Positions 9,684 to 19,352 of a stretch of 64,000 nucleotides of DNA are shown piece by piece. Origin of the DNA: Victivallales bacterium (GTDB lineage: Bacteria; Verrucomicrobiota; Lentisphaeria; Victivallales; UBA1829); assembly GCA_045594005.1 (NCBI GenBank), contig JAZNXT010000015.1:13418-77417 (forward strand), read 5' to 3'. The position numbers were made by a program, and so were the translations under genes. The first letter of the stretch is position 1, and the number at the start of each line of letters is the position of its first letter. The notes beneath the pieces are model-generated. The model had not been told where the DNA came from and searched no databases. It saw only the letters and a program-made list of their open reading frames with translations.

Positions 9684-12600
9684 ATGGATACAAAAACATT
9701 TTTTGGAAATATTGCGATCAAGGCTTCTGCCGGAACAGGCAAAACATACAGACTTGCCATGCGTTATATCAGTATGCTGCTCAGCGGTGTGGAACCGGAG
9801 CGGATCTTGGCGGTCACATTCACCAATAAAGCAGCGGGCGAAATTCTGGAAAAGATCGTGACCGAATCTCTGAAAATGGCTGAAGATCCAACAGCATTGC
9901 AGCGCGCAATAAAAAACGGCATGATCCCGCCTGCGGCAACACAGAAAAATATTATATGCGCGATGCGGAAACTTCTTGCCTGCGACAAGAAATTGATGAT
10001 CAGCACCATAGACAGCCTCTTTCTCAATATTGTGCGGTCTTTTCCGCTGGAATGCGGGATCCTGGGCGAGATCATGATCTATGATGAAAGCGTGATTAAA
10101 AAAATGCAGATCCGCGCATTACTCAGACTCATCCGGGAAACCGATGCCGTTCAGCGCGATATCATCACCAATGAACTGAACCAGGCAACATTCGGATCCA
10201 GCGAAAAAAGTCTGATCGATGCGATGAAAAATGCTGTACTGACCTATGGCGAAACCTTCCTGAACGATACAGCTCCGGAAAAATGGGGAAATCTGAGTAA
10301 TCCTTACAGCGGATATGCATTAAGTGCAAAAAAAATTCAGCAGTTGGGGGATGATATCAAATCTCTGACAGTGGAAGAGAATATTTCTGATAAAACATTC
10401 CGGGACAACTGCTCTGTATTGGTCGACTCCGCATTGACTTATGCAAATGGGACGCGTAATCTTTCCAAAGGCGCAAAGGATCTTTTCAAGAAATTCTATG
10501 AAAAATCCGGTAATTCTGTTTCATTCCTTTCCGGAGAACTGCCGTCGCTGGCAACTCTGCTGAAAAAAGGTTCAGAGATCGTATTGGAGCAGAAGAAAGA
10601 AAAGATCCTGTTGGAAAATATCCGCCTGCTTCTCCTGCATCTGTTGTCTCTGGAAATCGATTTTCTCAATGACAAGACGAAAGCAGTTTTCTCGTTGCTG
10701 GAAAAATTCAACAAATCCTATACGGAAACAGCACGCAAGGCAGGTATTCTTTCCTTTTCAGATATACCTTATCTCATTACCGGCGAAGACCACTCTGCCT
10801 GCTTCGGGCAAGTTGCGGTACTGGAGGAACGGTTGGATTCCAGGATCGATCATTATATGCTGGATGAATTTCAGGATACATCCGACCGGCAGTGGACATT
10901 ATTGGAAAATCTTGTCAATGAAGTTTTTATGAATGAATTTGACGAAGAACGGAATCGCTCGTTTTTTTATGTGGGCGATATCAAACAATCCATCTATCAG
11001 TGGCGGCAGGGGAATCCGCGTCTTTTCGACAAAATCCGTGAAAAATATGCGATCCCGGAAGAAACACTCATTGAATCCTTCCGCTCTTCCGGAGAAGTGA
11101 TCGCATGCGTCAACAGGGTATTCGGATCACCCGATACCGAACCGGAAACAGCACCATCTGCAACATCAAAAGCAGGGATAAAGATCAGAGAAAATCTGCA
11201 AAAACTTATTCCGTCGATGGAACGGCTGGATTTTGAGGAACACTGCTCCTCTGAATCTGCGGCGAAACAACCGGGCTGTGCCATGCTTCTGGAGTTGGAA
11301 ATGGAAGATCCCAAAGATGAAATGCCGAAAGCCGAACAAATTTACGCTATCCTCCGGCAGATCGATCCCTTCAGTAAAAAAAGAAAAAAAACTTTATCTG
11401 TGGGGATCCTCCTGCGTGAAAATAAGGATACAGCAACATATTTGGAGGCATTCCGTCAGATCAATAACAGACCGGAAAATCAGGATAATATGATCCCGGT
11501 CCAAAAGGATGGGGATATGACTCCCGCAGACAGTATGGCTGTCTCCGCATTGATTCAGATGCTGCGGTTCGCATACCATCCCTCTGATACATTTTCCGCA
11601 GAATATCTGAAAATGCTGCGATTCCCGACCACAGATCTGCACAGTCTGGATTTGCTCAACAAGCTGTTCTATCCGGAAAAATGGGAATCTTCCGGGCTGG
11701 CAGAAAACATCCGGAACGAAATCAGCACAAACTCACTTTATGCTTTTATCTGTCATTTCCGGAAAACATTCAGCGGACTCAACGAATTTGATGCCGTCCG
11801 GCTGGATATCGTTGCCGATGCCGCAATGTATTATGAAGACCGCGATATTGATCTTTTTATCGGGCAGATCAATACAGCCAGATATAAAACAGGTTCCGGC
11901 AGAAACCGTAATGCTGTGGAGATCATGACCATCCACAAATCCAAAGGATTGGATTTCGATATCGTGTTCCTGCCGGAAAATGGAGACGGAGACGGAATCA
12001 CATCTACCAATCTTGCGGGAAAGATCGTTGTTCATAAAGACAGCAACGACCGTACAGAAAACATTTCTTTTCTGACTGCAACAGATCTGCTGCCCGCATT
12101 TCCGGAACAGGAAAAAATCAAAAACAAAGCGGATCAGGATGCCTGTTATGAAGCACTTTGCCTCCTTTATGTGGCAATGACACGCGCCCGTCATGCGCTT
12201 TATATGTTCGTAGCCCGGAAAACAGAGGGCGGCGTCAGGAAAAAAGATGATCCCGTAAACTGGGAAACGATCCGCTATGACACACTTCTGCGGCACTATC
12301 TTACCGATCCGGTCAGTGTGGAAAGATCCTGGACGGAAATCAAAGGAAATATCCTGTATCTGAATGGCAAAAGGAACTGGTACGAGAGTTTGCCGGAAAA
12401 AGAAAATACCCCCGACATAAAAGAAAAAACGGAATTGAGTTTCTGTGTCCGCACACACCGCAGAGCGGAACAGATCACGCCTTCTGCGCTGCACGATGTC
12501 AGCAGTGCTGCGTCCTACCGTTTTGCTCCGCAGAAAAGTGCGGATATCGGGGTACGCGTCCACGAGATCTTTGCGGGGATCACCACCATTCAGGAATTTG

Positions 12601-13004
12601 ATCCGGAAAGCGTTCTCACTCCATTGGAATCTGCGGGAGAGATCGGCACCATTGTGAAGGGAGCCTTGCGATCCGATGCCATCCGGGAAAAACTTTCCGA
12701 TCCCGGGTCACGGCTGTGGCGGGAAAAACATTTTCTCATCACCGGTGAAAACGGAGCAGTCGTGTCCGGTTGTTTCGACCGCGTTACGGTACATGACGAT
12801 CCGGACGGAAATGCAGTTTCTGCGGAAGTGATCGACTTCAAAACAGATGTTGCCGGCGATGATTCATACTATATCGGCACCTATTCCAAACAGTTGGAAC
12901 TCTACCGCAGAACTCTTGCAAAGATGCTCTCTCTGCCGGAAGAAAAGATCCGTTGTACGATCCTTGCACTCCGGCACGGAAAAGTGATCAGTCTTACAGC
13001 CTGA
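9684..13004 (+). CDS. AddA-like UvrD-family helicase with C-terminal RecB-type nuclease
   Basis: 1106-aa ORF with helicase motif I ASAGTGKTYRL, motif II MLDEFQDT, and C-terminal nuclease GCFDRVTV...AEVIDFKTD...YSKQLELY. Confidence 0.75.
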   Translation: MDTKTFFGNIAIKASAGTGKTYRLAMRYISMLLSGVEPERILAVTFTNKAAGEILEKIVTESLKMAEDPTALQRAIKNGMIPPAATQKNIICAMRKLLACDKKLMISTIDSLFLNIVRSFPLECGILGEIMIYDESVIKKMQIRALLRLIRETDAVQRDIITNELNQATFGSSEKSLIDAMKNAVLTYGETFLNDTAPEKWGNLSNPYSGYALSAKKIQQLGDDIKSLTVEENISDKTFRDNCSVLVDSALTYANGTRNLSKGAKDLFKKFYEKSGNSVSFLSGELPSLATLLKKGSEIVLEQKKEKILLENIRLLLLHLLSLEIDFLNDKTKAVFSLLEKFNKSYTETARKAGILSFSDIPYLITGEDHSACFGQVAVLEERLDSRIDHYMLDEFQDTSDRQWTLLENLVNEVFMNEFDEERNRSFFYVGDIKQSIYQWRQGNPRLFDKIREKYAIPEETLIESFRSSGEVIACVNRVFGSPDTEPETAPSATSKAGIKIRENLQKLIPSMERLDFEEHCSSESAAKQPGCAMLLELEMEDPKDEMPKAEQIYAILRQIDPFSKKRKKTLSVGILLRENKDTATYLEAFRQINNRPENQDNMIPVQKDGDMTPADSMAVSALIQMLRFAYHPSDTFSAEYLKMLRFPTTDLHSLDLLNKLFYPEKWESSGLAENIRNEISTNSLYAFICHFRKTFSGLNEFDAVRLDIVADAAMYYEDRDIDLFIGQINTARYKTGSGRNRNAVEIMTIHKSKGLDFDIVFLPENGDGDGITSTNLAGKIVVHKDSNDRTENISFLTATDLLPAFPEQEKIKNKADQDACYEALCLLYVAMTRARHALYMFVARKTEGGVRKKDDPVNWETIRYDTLLRHYLTDPVSVERSWTEIKGNILYLNGKRNWYESLPEKENTPDIKEKTELSFCVRTHRRAEQITPSALHDVSSAASYRFAPQKSADIGVRVHEIFAGITTIQEFDPESVLTPLESAGEIGTIVKGALRSDAIREKLSDPGSRLWREKHFLITGENGAVVSGCFDRVTVHDDPDGNAVSAEVIDFKTDVAGDDSYYIGTYSKQLELYRRTLAKMLSLPEEKIRCTILALRHGKVISLTA

Positions 13005-14046
13005 CTTTGATGAATGTGGCAGATGTCTTTGCCGAGGTGCAGACCACATAGAGGGATCCGCCGTCTTCCACAGCGGCGGGATAACTCCATTCCGGAGTGG
13101 CGTTCAGCGTTTCATCGACTCCGTTCCGCAGCAGGAAGGCTTCGGAAAAAGTACGCTTTCCGGGCTTGGAAAGAAACAGTGCCAGCGTGTCCCGTTTCTG
13201 ATTCGCAAGATTGGTGATGAGATAACTTCTGCCGTCGGAAAGAACGCCGGAAAAAAGTTTGCTGTCACCCACAGGAATATCGTGTACCTGCGACGGAGTC
13301 CAGCTTTCGCCGAAATCGAAACTTTCATAGATTTGCGGATAACGGCGGTCGTGACGCACAAAGGCGATGATCGAACCGTCTTCATAGATACTCAAACAGG
13401 TTTCCGGCAGATAATTCCAGCCGTCGAATCCCTTGTTGTACGGGCAGATCTGCACGATCCGCCAATCACCGTCGATCTTTCCGGAATCGGAGATCGCCAC
13501 GGCGGTATAAACCGGAAAATCGTTATCCAGTTCGGACATTCTGCCGCCCATGATGAGTTTGCCGTTGTTCATGCGGTAAACGGGGGTGTTGGGCAGAAAT
13601 GCGTGGTCGATCCGCCGCACGGAATGGAATGTTTCCGTGGCTTCATCCAGTTCAAAAATTTCAAAATCGTGAACCAGATCCGGACCCACCATGCGGGTGG
13701 CGATAAGGTAGAGATGACCGTTCTGCGGACAGATCCCGAAGGAAGGCGGCACATACATGAAATTCTGATCGTGATCCTGTGCAAAAGTTTTGACTTCACT
13801 CCAACTTCTGCCGTCATCGGCACTGATCCTGCCGCGGATCACGGAATCTTCCTGCATCTCGCCTTTCGGGCAGTTGTACCACGCAGTATAGATCTTGCCG
13901 TGATATTTCGTGATCATGCAGTCGTGCAGAAAAGAATATTTTTCATCCGGGCGTTGAATGATCTGTGCCTCCGCATCCGGGTGCATGGGTAAATCGCGGA
14001 TATCCAGAGCCTGTCCGCCGCTCCACATTTCTTTTACAAAGGACAT
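12994..14046 (-). CDS. BNR/Asp-box repeat beta-propeller protein (sialidase-like)
   Basis: Asp-box motifs SADDGRSW and SFDFGESW. Start moved to ATG 14046 (MSFVKEMW) directly behind AGGAGG. No signal peptide seen. The 3' end overlaps the addA-like gene convergently by 11 nt. Confidence 0.55.
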   Translation of the reverse strand: MSFVKEMWSGGQALDIRDLPMHPDAEAQIIQRPDEKYSFLHDCMITKYHGKIYTAWYNCPKGEMQEDSVIRGRISADDGRSWSEVKTFAQDHDQNFMYVPPSFGICPQNGHLYLIATRMVGPDLVHDFEIFELDEATETFHSVRRIDHAFLPNTPVYRMNNGKLIMGGRMSELDNDFPVYTAVAISDSGKIDGDWRIVQICPYNKGFDGWNYLPETCLSIYEDGSIIAFVRHDRRYPQIYESFDFGESWTPSQVHDIPVGDSKLFSGVLSDGRSYLITNLANQKRDTLALFLSKPGKRTFSEAFLLRNGVDETLNATPEWSYPAAVEDGGSLYVVCTSAKTSATFIKVRL

Positions 14047-14227
14047 ATTTTTTCCTCCTGTCAGTTCGGTAGATGTCTGCATTTCTCCGGTAATGTAACC
14101 GCCCGGAGACAGATTGCAAATATTTTTTCCGCAGAGCAATATAAAAAAAACTTGATTTTTGACAAATCACTGGTATAGTTTTCAGGATGTTACCGTAAAA
14201 ATATAAAAACAGAAAGGAAAAACGATC

Positions 14228-15310
14228 ATGTTCCCTGCTGCAAGCATCAAATTTCTCGAAGATTTTCTGAAAGCGTCCGGTCCCTCCGGATTTGAATTTG
14301 AACAGGCTGCGATCTTCCGCAAATATCTTTCCAAATACACGAAGGATATCGAAGTGGACAATCTTGGCAACTCCATTGTGCGCCTGAACCCGAAAGCAAA
14401 ATTTCAGGTCATGCTCGCAGGGCATTACGATGAAATCGGTTTTCAGGTGGTCAATGTTATGGATGAAGGGTTGATCTCTTTCCGGAGCGTGGGCGGGATC
14501 GACCCCCTGACCGTTCCCGGGATCGAAGTGGAGATCATCACCGCAAAAGGCAGGATCCCCGGCGTGATCGGCAGAAAACCTATTCATTTGCAGACGCCGG
14601 AAGAACGCACAAAAGTTCCTGAACTCAAACGGATGTGGATCGATATCGGTGCCACCAGCAAAAAAGAAGCGGAAAAAATGGTCTCCGTAGGGGATCCCGT
14701 GGCTTTCCGCGCCAATTTCCGTATGCTTTCCAAAAATCGCGTCATGTCCAAAGGTTTGGATGATAAGATCGGTGCATTCGTGATCGCGGAAGCCTTCCGT
14801 ATCGTGGCACAGTCCGGCAAACTCTCCAAAGATGTGGGCGTAGCTTGCGTGGGTACGGTGCAGGAAGAACTCGGTCTCCGTGGCGCGACAGCCGGCGCAT
14901 TCGGTGTCAATCCCAATGTGGGGATCGCCGTGGATGTGGGTTTTGCCACAGAAGTGCCGGGCATCAGTGCCGATGAATACGGCGTTCTCACCATGGGGAA
15001 AGGACCCGGTCTGACGCGCAATGCAGATAATAACCCGCCTCTGCTGGCACGGATCACCAAATTGGCAGATAAGAAAAAACTGCCCTATCAGCTGGAAACC
15101 GGTCACCGTTCCACCGGCGGCACCGATACTGCCGCTCTGCAGCTGACCCGCGGCGGCGTGGCAACGGCATTGTTCAGTATCCCCAACCGCTATATGCACA
15201 CTCCGGTGGAGATCTGCGATTTGCGCGACGCGGAAAATGCGGCAAAGATCATTGCGGAAACGATCCTCTCCTTCAAGGGTGATGAAACGTTCCGTCCCGG
15301 ACTGGATTAA
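14228..15310 (+). CDS. M42 family aminopeptidase (FrvX/YsdC/CelM-like)
   Basis: 360 aa with MLAGHYDEIGFQV, SKGLDDKIGAFV, VQEELGLRGA and GGTDTAA, typical M42 metal-binding regions; SD GAAAGGAAA. Confidence 0.85.
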   Translation: MFPAASIKFLEDFLKASGPSGFEFEQAAIFRKYLSKYTKDIEVDNLGNSIVRLNPKAKFQVMLAGHYDEIGFQVVNVMDEGLISFRSVGGIDPLTVPGIEVEIITAKGRIPGVIGRKPIHLQTPEERTKVPELKRMWIDIGATSKKEAEKMVSVGDPVAFRANFRMLSKNRVMSKGLDDKIGAFVIAEAFRIVAQSGKLSKDVGVACVGTVQEELGLRGATAGAFGVNPNVGIAVDVGFATEVPGISADEYGVLTMGKGPGLTRNADNNPPLLARITKLADKKKLPYQLETGHRSTGGTDTAALQLTRGGVATALFSIPNRYMHTPVEICDLRDAENAAKIIAETILSFKGDETFRPGLD

Positions 15311-15334
15311 GTAAATCTTTTCTGCGGGGGACGC

Positions 15335-16456
15335 ATGGGCGGCGCACTTTATCTTATTTCCGGAAACGAGGATTTCTCCATCAAGGAACGGTCCAATGAA
15401 CTGGTCCGTCAGCTTTGCGGAGAGATCCCCGAGGAAAATGCCGGACTGGAGATCATTCGCGGCGATGAGGACAGCGAAAAAGCGGGTCCGGTGCTGGACA
15501 GGGTACTGGACGCGCTGGAAACACCTTCCTTTCTTGCACCCGAAAAAGTGGTCTGGCTCAAGCATTTCAATAAATTTGACGAAGCTGCGGCAGAGGCATC
15601 CACCAAAAAGAAACCCTCCCGTCTGGATAAACTTTCCGATTTTCTGAAAGAGGGGATCCCTGCCGATCTGACGCTGATCATTGACGGACCCATGGACCGG
15701 CGGAAAGCCTTTTACAAACTCTGCGAAAAAGTCTGTGCCTCCAGCGGCGGAAAACTGGAATGGTTTGAAAAAGCCGATGTGAAGAGCCGGGATTATCTTA
15801 CCAATCTGATCCACCGGATCAAAACGATCGTGCTGGATTCCTCCGGAAAACGGATCAACGACAATGCCGCATCTTATCTTGCGGAGACCCTCGGAAGCGA
15901 TGCAGGAAGGATCCGCAACGAACTGGATAAACTCATTGCCTATGCCGGAGATGCACGGGTCATCACACTGGAGGATTGTTTTGAAGTATGCAGCCGCAAC
16001 AGCGAAACTCTTTCGTGGGTGTTTGCCTCCGCGCTGGCGGAACGCAACGCCCGGAAAGCATTGGAACTGATTCCCGGTCTGATCGAAACGCTGGAACAGG
16101 AAAAAGGTTCTTCCTCCAAACCGGAAATGGCGATCTCCGCGGCGGCACACAATGAATTCCAGCGGCTTCTTTCCATCCGCTGTGAAGGGCAGAAATTCAA
16201 TATTCCGGAACATACCAATCCCGATACCTTCCGCAGGATCGTGGAAGCCGCCAAAGCGGATCATCCGGAAAGTCCCCTCTGCACCATGCACCCGTACCGG
16301 GCGTATAAGACATGGGAAAATGCCGTCCGGTTCTCTCCTATGGATTTTGTGAAAGCATTTCAGGCGATCCTTACCGCAAGCAGACAGATGATCAGCAGTT
16401 CCGATGCGCGGCTTGCATTGGAAAATCTGGTTATGAACATCGCCGGAAATAAATAA
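15335..16456 (+). CDS. holA: DNA polymerase III delta subunit
   Basis: 373 aa with N terminus LYLISGNEDFSIKERSNELV and central ASYLAETLGSDAGRIRNELDKLIAY, as in HolA proteins. Confidence 0.75.
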   Translation: MGGALYLISGNEDFSIKERSNELVRQLCGEIPEENAGLEIIRGDEDSEKAGPVLDRVLDALETPSFLAPEKVVWLKHFNKFDEAAAEASTKKKPSRLDKLSDFLKEGIPADLTLIIDGPMDRRKAFYKLCEKVCASSGGKLEWFEKADVKSRDYLTNLIHRIKTIVLDSSGKRINDNAASYLAETLGSDAGRIRNELDKLIAYAGDARVITLEDCFEVCSRNSETLSWVFASALAERNARKALELIPGLIETLEQEKGSSSKPEMAISAAAHNEFQRLLSIRCEGQKFNIPEHTNPDTFRRIVEAAKADHPESPLCTMHPYRAYKTWENAVRFSPMDFVKAFQAILTASRQMISSSDARLALENLVMNIAGNK

Positions 16457-16469
16457 GAAAGATACTTCG

Positions 16470-17042
16470 ATGAAAGATCCGAAACTGATTGCACTGGATA
16501 TTGGAAATGTATGTGTGTTCATCCATCCGGAACGCCTGACAAAAAAAATGGGATTGATCTCCGCTCTGTTCTATTCCCATAAGATCTTCGACCGGGAAAA
16601 AATGTTGGAACGGGGCGAAATATACAGTCAGGAATGGCTGGACGATATGATGGCGTTCACCAAAGGAAAATACTCTGCGGAAGAATTGCGTACTGCCTGG
16701 GATTCCATTATCGGCGATCCCATCCCCGGAATGAAAGAAGCCATGCGCCGCGCCGTGGCAAAAGGATACCGGTTCGTATTTTTTTCCAACACAAGCGCAA
16801 TGCACATGCAAACATTTTTGAGCCGGACTGAACTCGCCGGACTGGTCAGCGGCGCGATCTTCAGTTTCGATGTCTCCTCCATGAAACCGGATCCGGTGAT
16901 CTATGAGGAATTTGAAAAACAGTACGGGATACCCGGCTTCTATTTTGATGACAATAAAGACAATATCGCCGCCGGAAAAGCACGCGGCTGGAACGCGATC
17001 CTCTTTCATTCGTCCGATCAGCTGGATCAACTGCTGCAATAA
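16470..17042 (+). CDS. HAD-superfamily phosphatase (YihX-like subfamily IA)
   Basis: 190 aa with motif I IALDIGNV (D-x-G-N variant as in YihX-type enzymes), motif II FFSNTS, and motif IV FDDNKDNI. Confidence 0.7.
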   Translation: MKDPKLIALDIGNVCVFIHPERLTKKMGLISALFYSHKIFDREKMLERGEIYSQEWLDDMMAFTKGKYSAEELRTAWDSIIGDPIPGMKEAMRRAVAKGYRFVFFSNTSAMHMQTFLSRTELAGLVSGAIFSFDVSSMKPDPVIYEEFEKQYGIPGFYFDDNKDNIAAGKARGWNAILFHSSDQLDQLLQ

Positions 17043-17047
17043 AAAAA

Positions 17048-19186
17048 TCAATCCTCTTTCTGCAATGCCCGGATCTGATCGCGCAACTCGGCTGCACGCT
17101 CAAATTCCAGATTTTCTGCCGCCAGAAGCATTTGTCTTTCCAATTCCTCTATGACTTCTTCCACGCTCGCGGCTCCGCATTTTTCCAGGATCCGTTCCGC
17201 ATCGGAACGGGTGATCTGTTTCTTCCTGCCGCCGGATTTTTTCGTTTCTTTGTAATTTGAACCATCCTGTGCCTGATAGACAGGCTTTTTCCCTTCCTCC
17301 CGCAACAGCAGAGCCTCCCGGCGCAAACCGTCCAGACGATCCTGATCCCCCGCAAGATATGCTCCCGTTTTCGGCGAGATCCCCAGCACATCGGTAATGG
17401 TCTCACGATCCCGTTTCCCCGCGACCGAACGGGGTTGGATCCCGTGTTCTTCGTTGTATTGTGCCTGCCGTTTCCGGCGTTTTTCCGTAATATCCATCAG
17501 GGCTTTCATGCTGTCGGTGACATGATCGGCGTACAGGATCACATAGCCATCCACATTTCGTGCGGCACGCCCTGCCACCTGCACCAGCGACCGGGACGAC
17601 CGCAGGAATCCTTCCTTATCCGCATCAAGGATCGCCACAAGCCGCAATTCCGGCATATCGATCCCTTCCCGGAGCAGATTGATCCCAACGATACAATCAA
17701 AATCACCGTTCCGCAATTCATTGAGGATCCGGACACGCTCAATGGCATCCAGTTCGGAGTGCAGATATTTGATACGGATCCCCAGATTGGAAAGATAATC
17801 GGCAATACGCTCCGCGCTCTTTTTGGTAAGTGTCGCCACCATGGAACGCGCTCCGGCATCGGTGCATTTGCGGATCTCCGCGATCACATCGTCGATCTGA
17901 TCGGCAAGCGGACGGACTTCCACCGGCGGATCCAGCAGCCCTGTGGGGCGTACCACCTGTTCCACCACGCAGGGGCCGGATTGCTGCAGCTCCCAATCTC
18001 CGGGCGTGGCGGAAACAAAAACCGTCTTGCCCATCATGGAAAGAAATTCCTCGTATTTCAACGGACGGTTGTCAAGCGCGGAAGGCAGACGGAACCCGTA
18101 ATCCACTAACATTTGTTTGCGGTTCCGGTCCGCTTTGTACATTGCCTGAAGCTGGGGAAGTGTCACATGGGATTCATCAATAAAAAGCAGATAATCTTTG
18201 GGGAAGAAATCCAGCAGACAATACGGGCGTGATCCCTCGGCACGGAACGCCAGATGCCGGGAATAATTTTCGATCCCGGAACAATAGCCGCATTCCCGCA
18301 TCATTTCCACATCGTAGGTGACGCGTTGAAAAAGACGCTGTGCCTCCACCAGTTTTCCCTGTTCTTCAAAATTTTTCACACAGAGTTTCATCTCATCCAG
18401 AATATTGTGCGTTGCCGCCTCCACCTGTTCCTGCGGCATCACAAAATGCCGTGCCGGAAAAACAAGGGCACTGTCCGGTTTCCCCTTCGGACGGCGGCTC
18501 ACGGGATCCAGCCGGATGAGGGCATCAATGGTATCACCCCAGTAGTCCACCCGCAGGATCTCCTCTTTCTGGGAAAGATAGATCTCCACGGAATCTCCCC
18601 GCGCACGGAACTGCCCGCGTTCCGGGGAAGTATCATTGCGGTCGTACTGCACTGCCACAAGCCGCCGCAGGAGATCGTTGCGGGAAAGATCCTGTCCCAC
18701 TTTCAGACGGATGCTCATATTGTCGTAGTCGATCGGAGAAGTCAAACCGTAGATACAGGACACGCTGGCGACGACAAGGGTATCCTGCCGTTCCAGCAGA
18801 GAAGCGGTACTGCTCATACGGAGCCGTTCAATATTTTCGTTGATGCTGGCATCTTTGGCGATATAGGTATCGGTTTGAGGGATATAGGATTCCGGCAGAT
18901 AATAATCGTAGTAACTCACAAAATATTCCACCGCATTTTCCGGCAGAAATCCTTTGAATTCGCTGTAAAGCTGTGCCGCCAGGGTTTTGTTGTGGGACAA
19001 CACAAGAGTGGGACGGCGTCCCAGTTCCTGCAGCACATTTGCGAGGGTGAAAGTCTTTCCGGAGCCGGTCACCCCCAGCAGTGTTTGAAACGGCACACCT
19101 TTTTTCAAGCCTTCCGTAAGCGCACGGATCGCCTGCGGCTGATCGCCGGCGGGTGCATATTCTGAAACGACTTTGAAATCGGGCAT
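17048..19186 (-). CDS. uvrB: Excinuclease ABC subunit B
   Basis: MPDFKVVSEYAPAGDQPQAI..., Walker A GVTGSGKT, helicase motifs, and C-terminal UVR domain ERAAELRDQIRAL. Start set at ATG 19186 behind AGGAGAAG; the 30-aa upstream extension in the track is rejected. Confidence 0.95.
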   Translation of the reverse strand: MPDFKVVSEYAPAGDQPQAIRALTEGLKKGVPFQTLLGVTGSGKTFTLANVLQELGRRPTLVLSHNKTLAAQLYSEFKGFLPENAVEYFVSYYDYYLPESYIPQTDTYIAKDASINENIERLRMSSTASLLERQDTLVVASVSCIYGLTSPIDYDNMSIRLKVGQDLSRNDLLRRLVAVQYDRNDTSPERGQFRARGDSVEIYLSQKEEILRVDYWGDTIDALIRLDPVSRRPKGKPDSALVFPARHFVMPQEQVEAATHNILDEMKLCVKNFEEQGKLVEAQRLFQRVTYDVEMMRECGYCSGIENYSRHLAFRAEGSRPYCLLDFFPKDYLLFIDESHVTLPQLQAMYKADRNRKQMLVDYGFRLPSALDNRPLKYEEFLSMMGKTVFVSATPGDWELQQSGPCVVEQVVRPTGLLDPPVEVRPLADQIDDVIAEIRKCTDAGARSMVATLTKKSAERIADYLSNLGIRIKYLHSELDAIERVRILNELRNGDFDCIVGINLLREGIDMPELRLVAILDADKEGFLRSSRSLVQVAGRAARNVDGYVILYADHVTDSMKALMDITEKRRKRQAQYNEEHGIQPRSVAGKRDRETITDVLGISPKTGAYLAGDQDRLDGLRREALLLREEGKKPVYQAQDGSNYKETKKSGGRKKQITRSDAERILEKCGAASVEEVIEELERQMLLAAENLEFERAAELRDQIRALQKED

Positions 19187-19352
19187 GATCACTTCTCCTG
19201 TTGAAAAATCCGGTTCTGTTGCGGATAATATGCCCTTTTTTACAGATTTGTCAAGGGAAAGAAAGAAAAATTGCAATACTGCGGTTGAAAAAATCTTTCA
19301 GGCGTGATAAATTGATATGCTAATATAAATTAATTTCAACGGGGAAATATCT

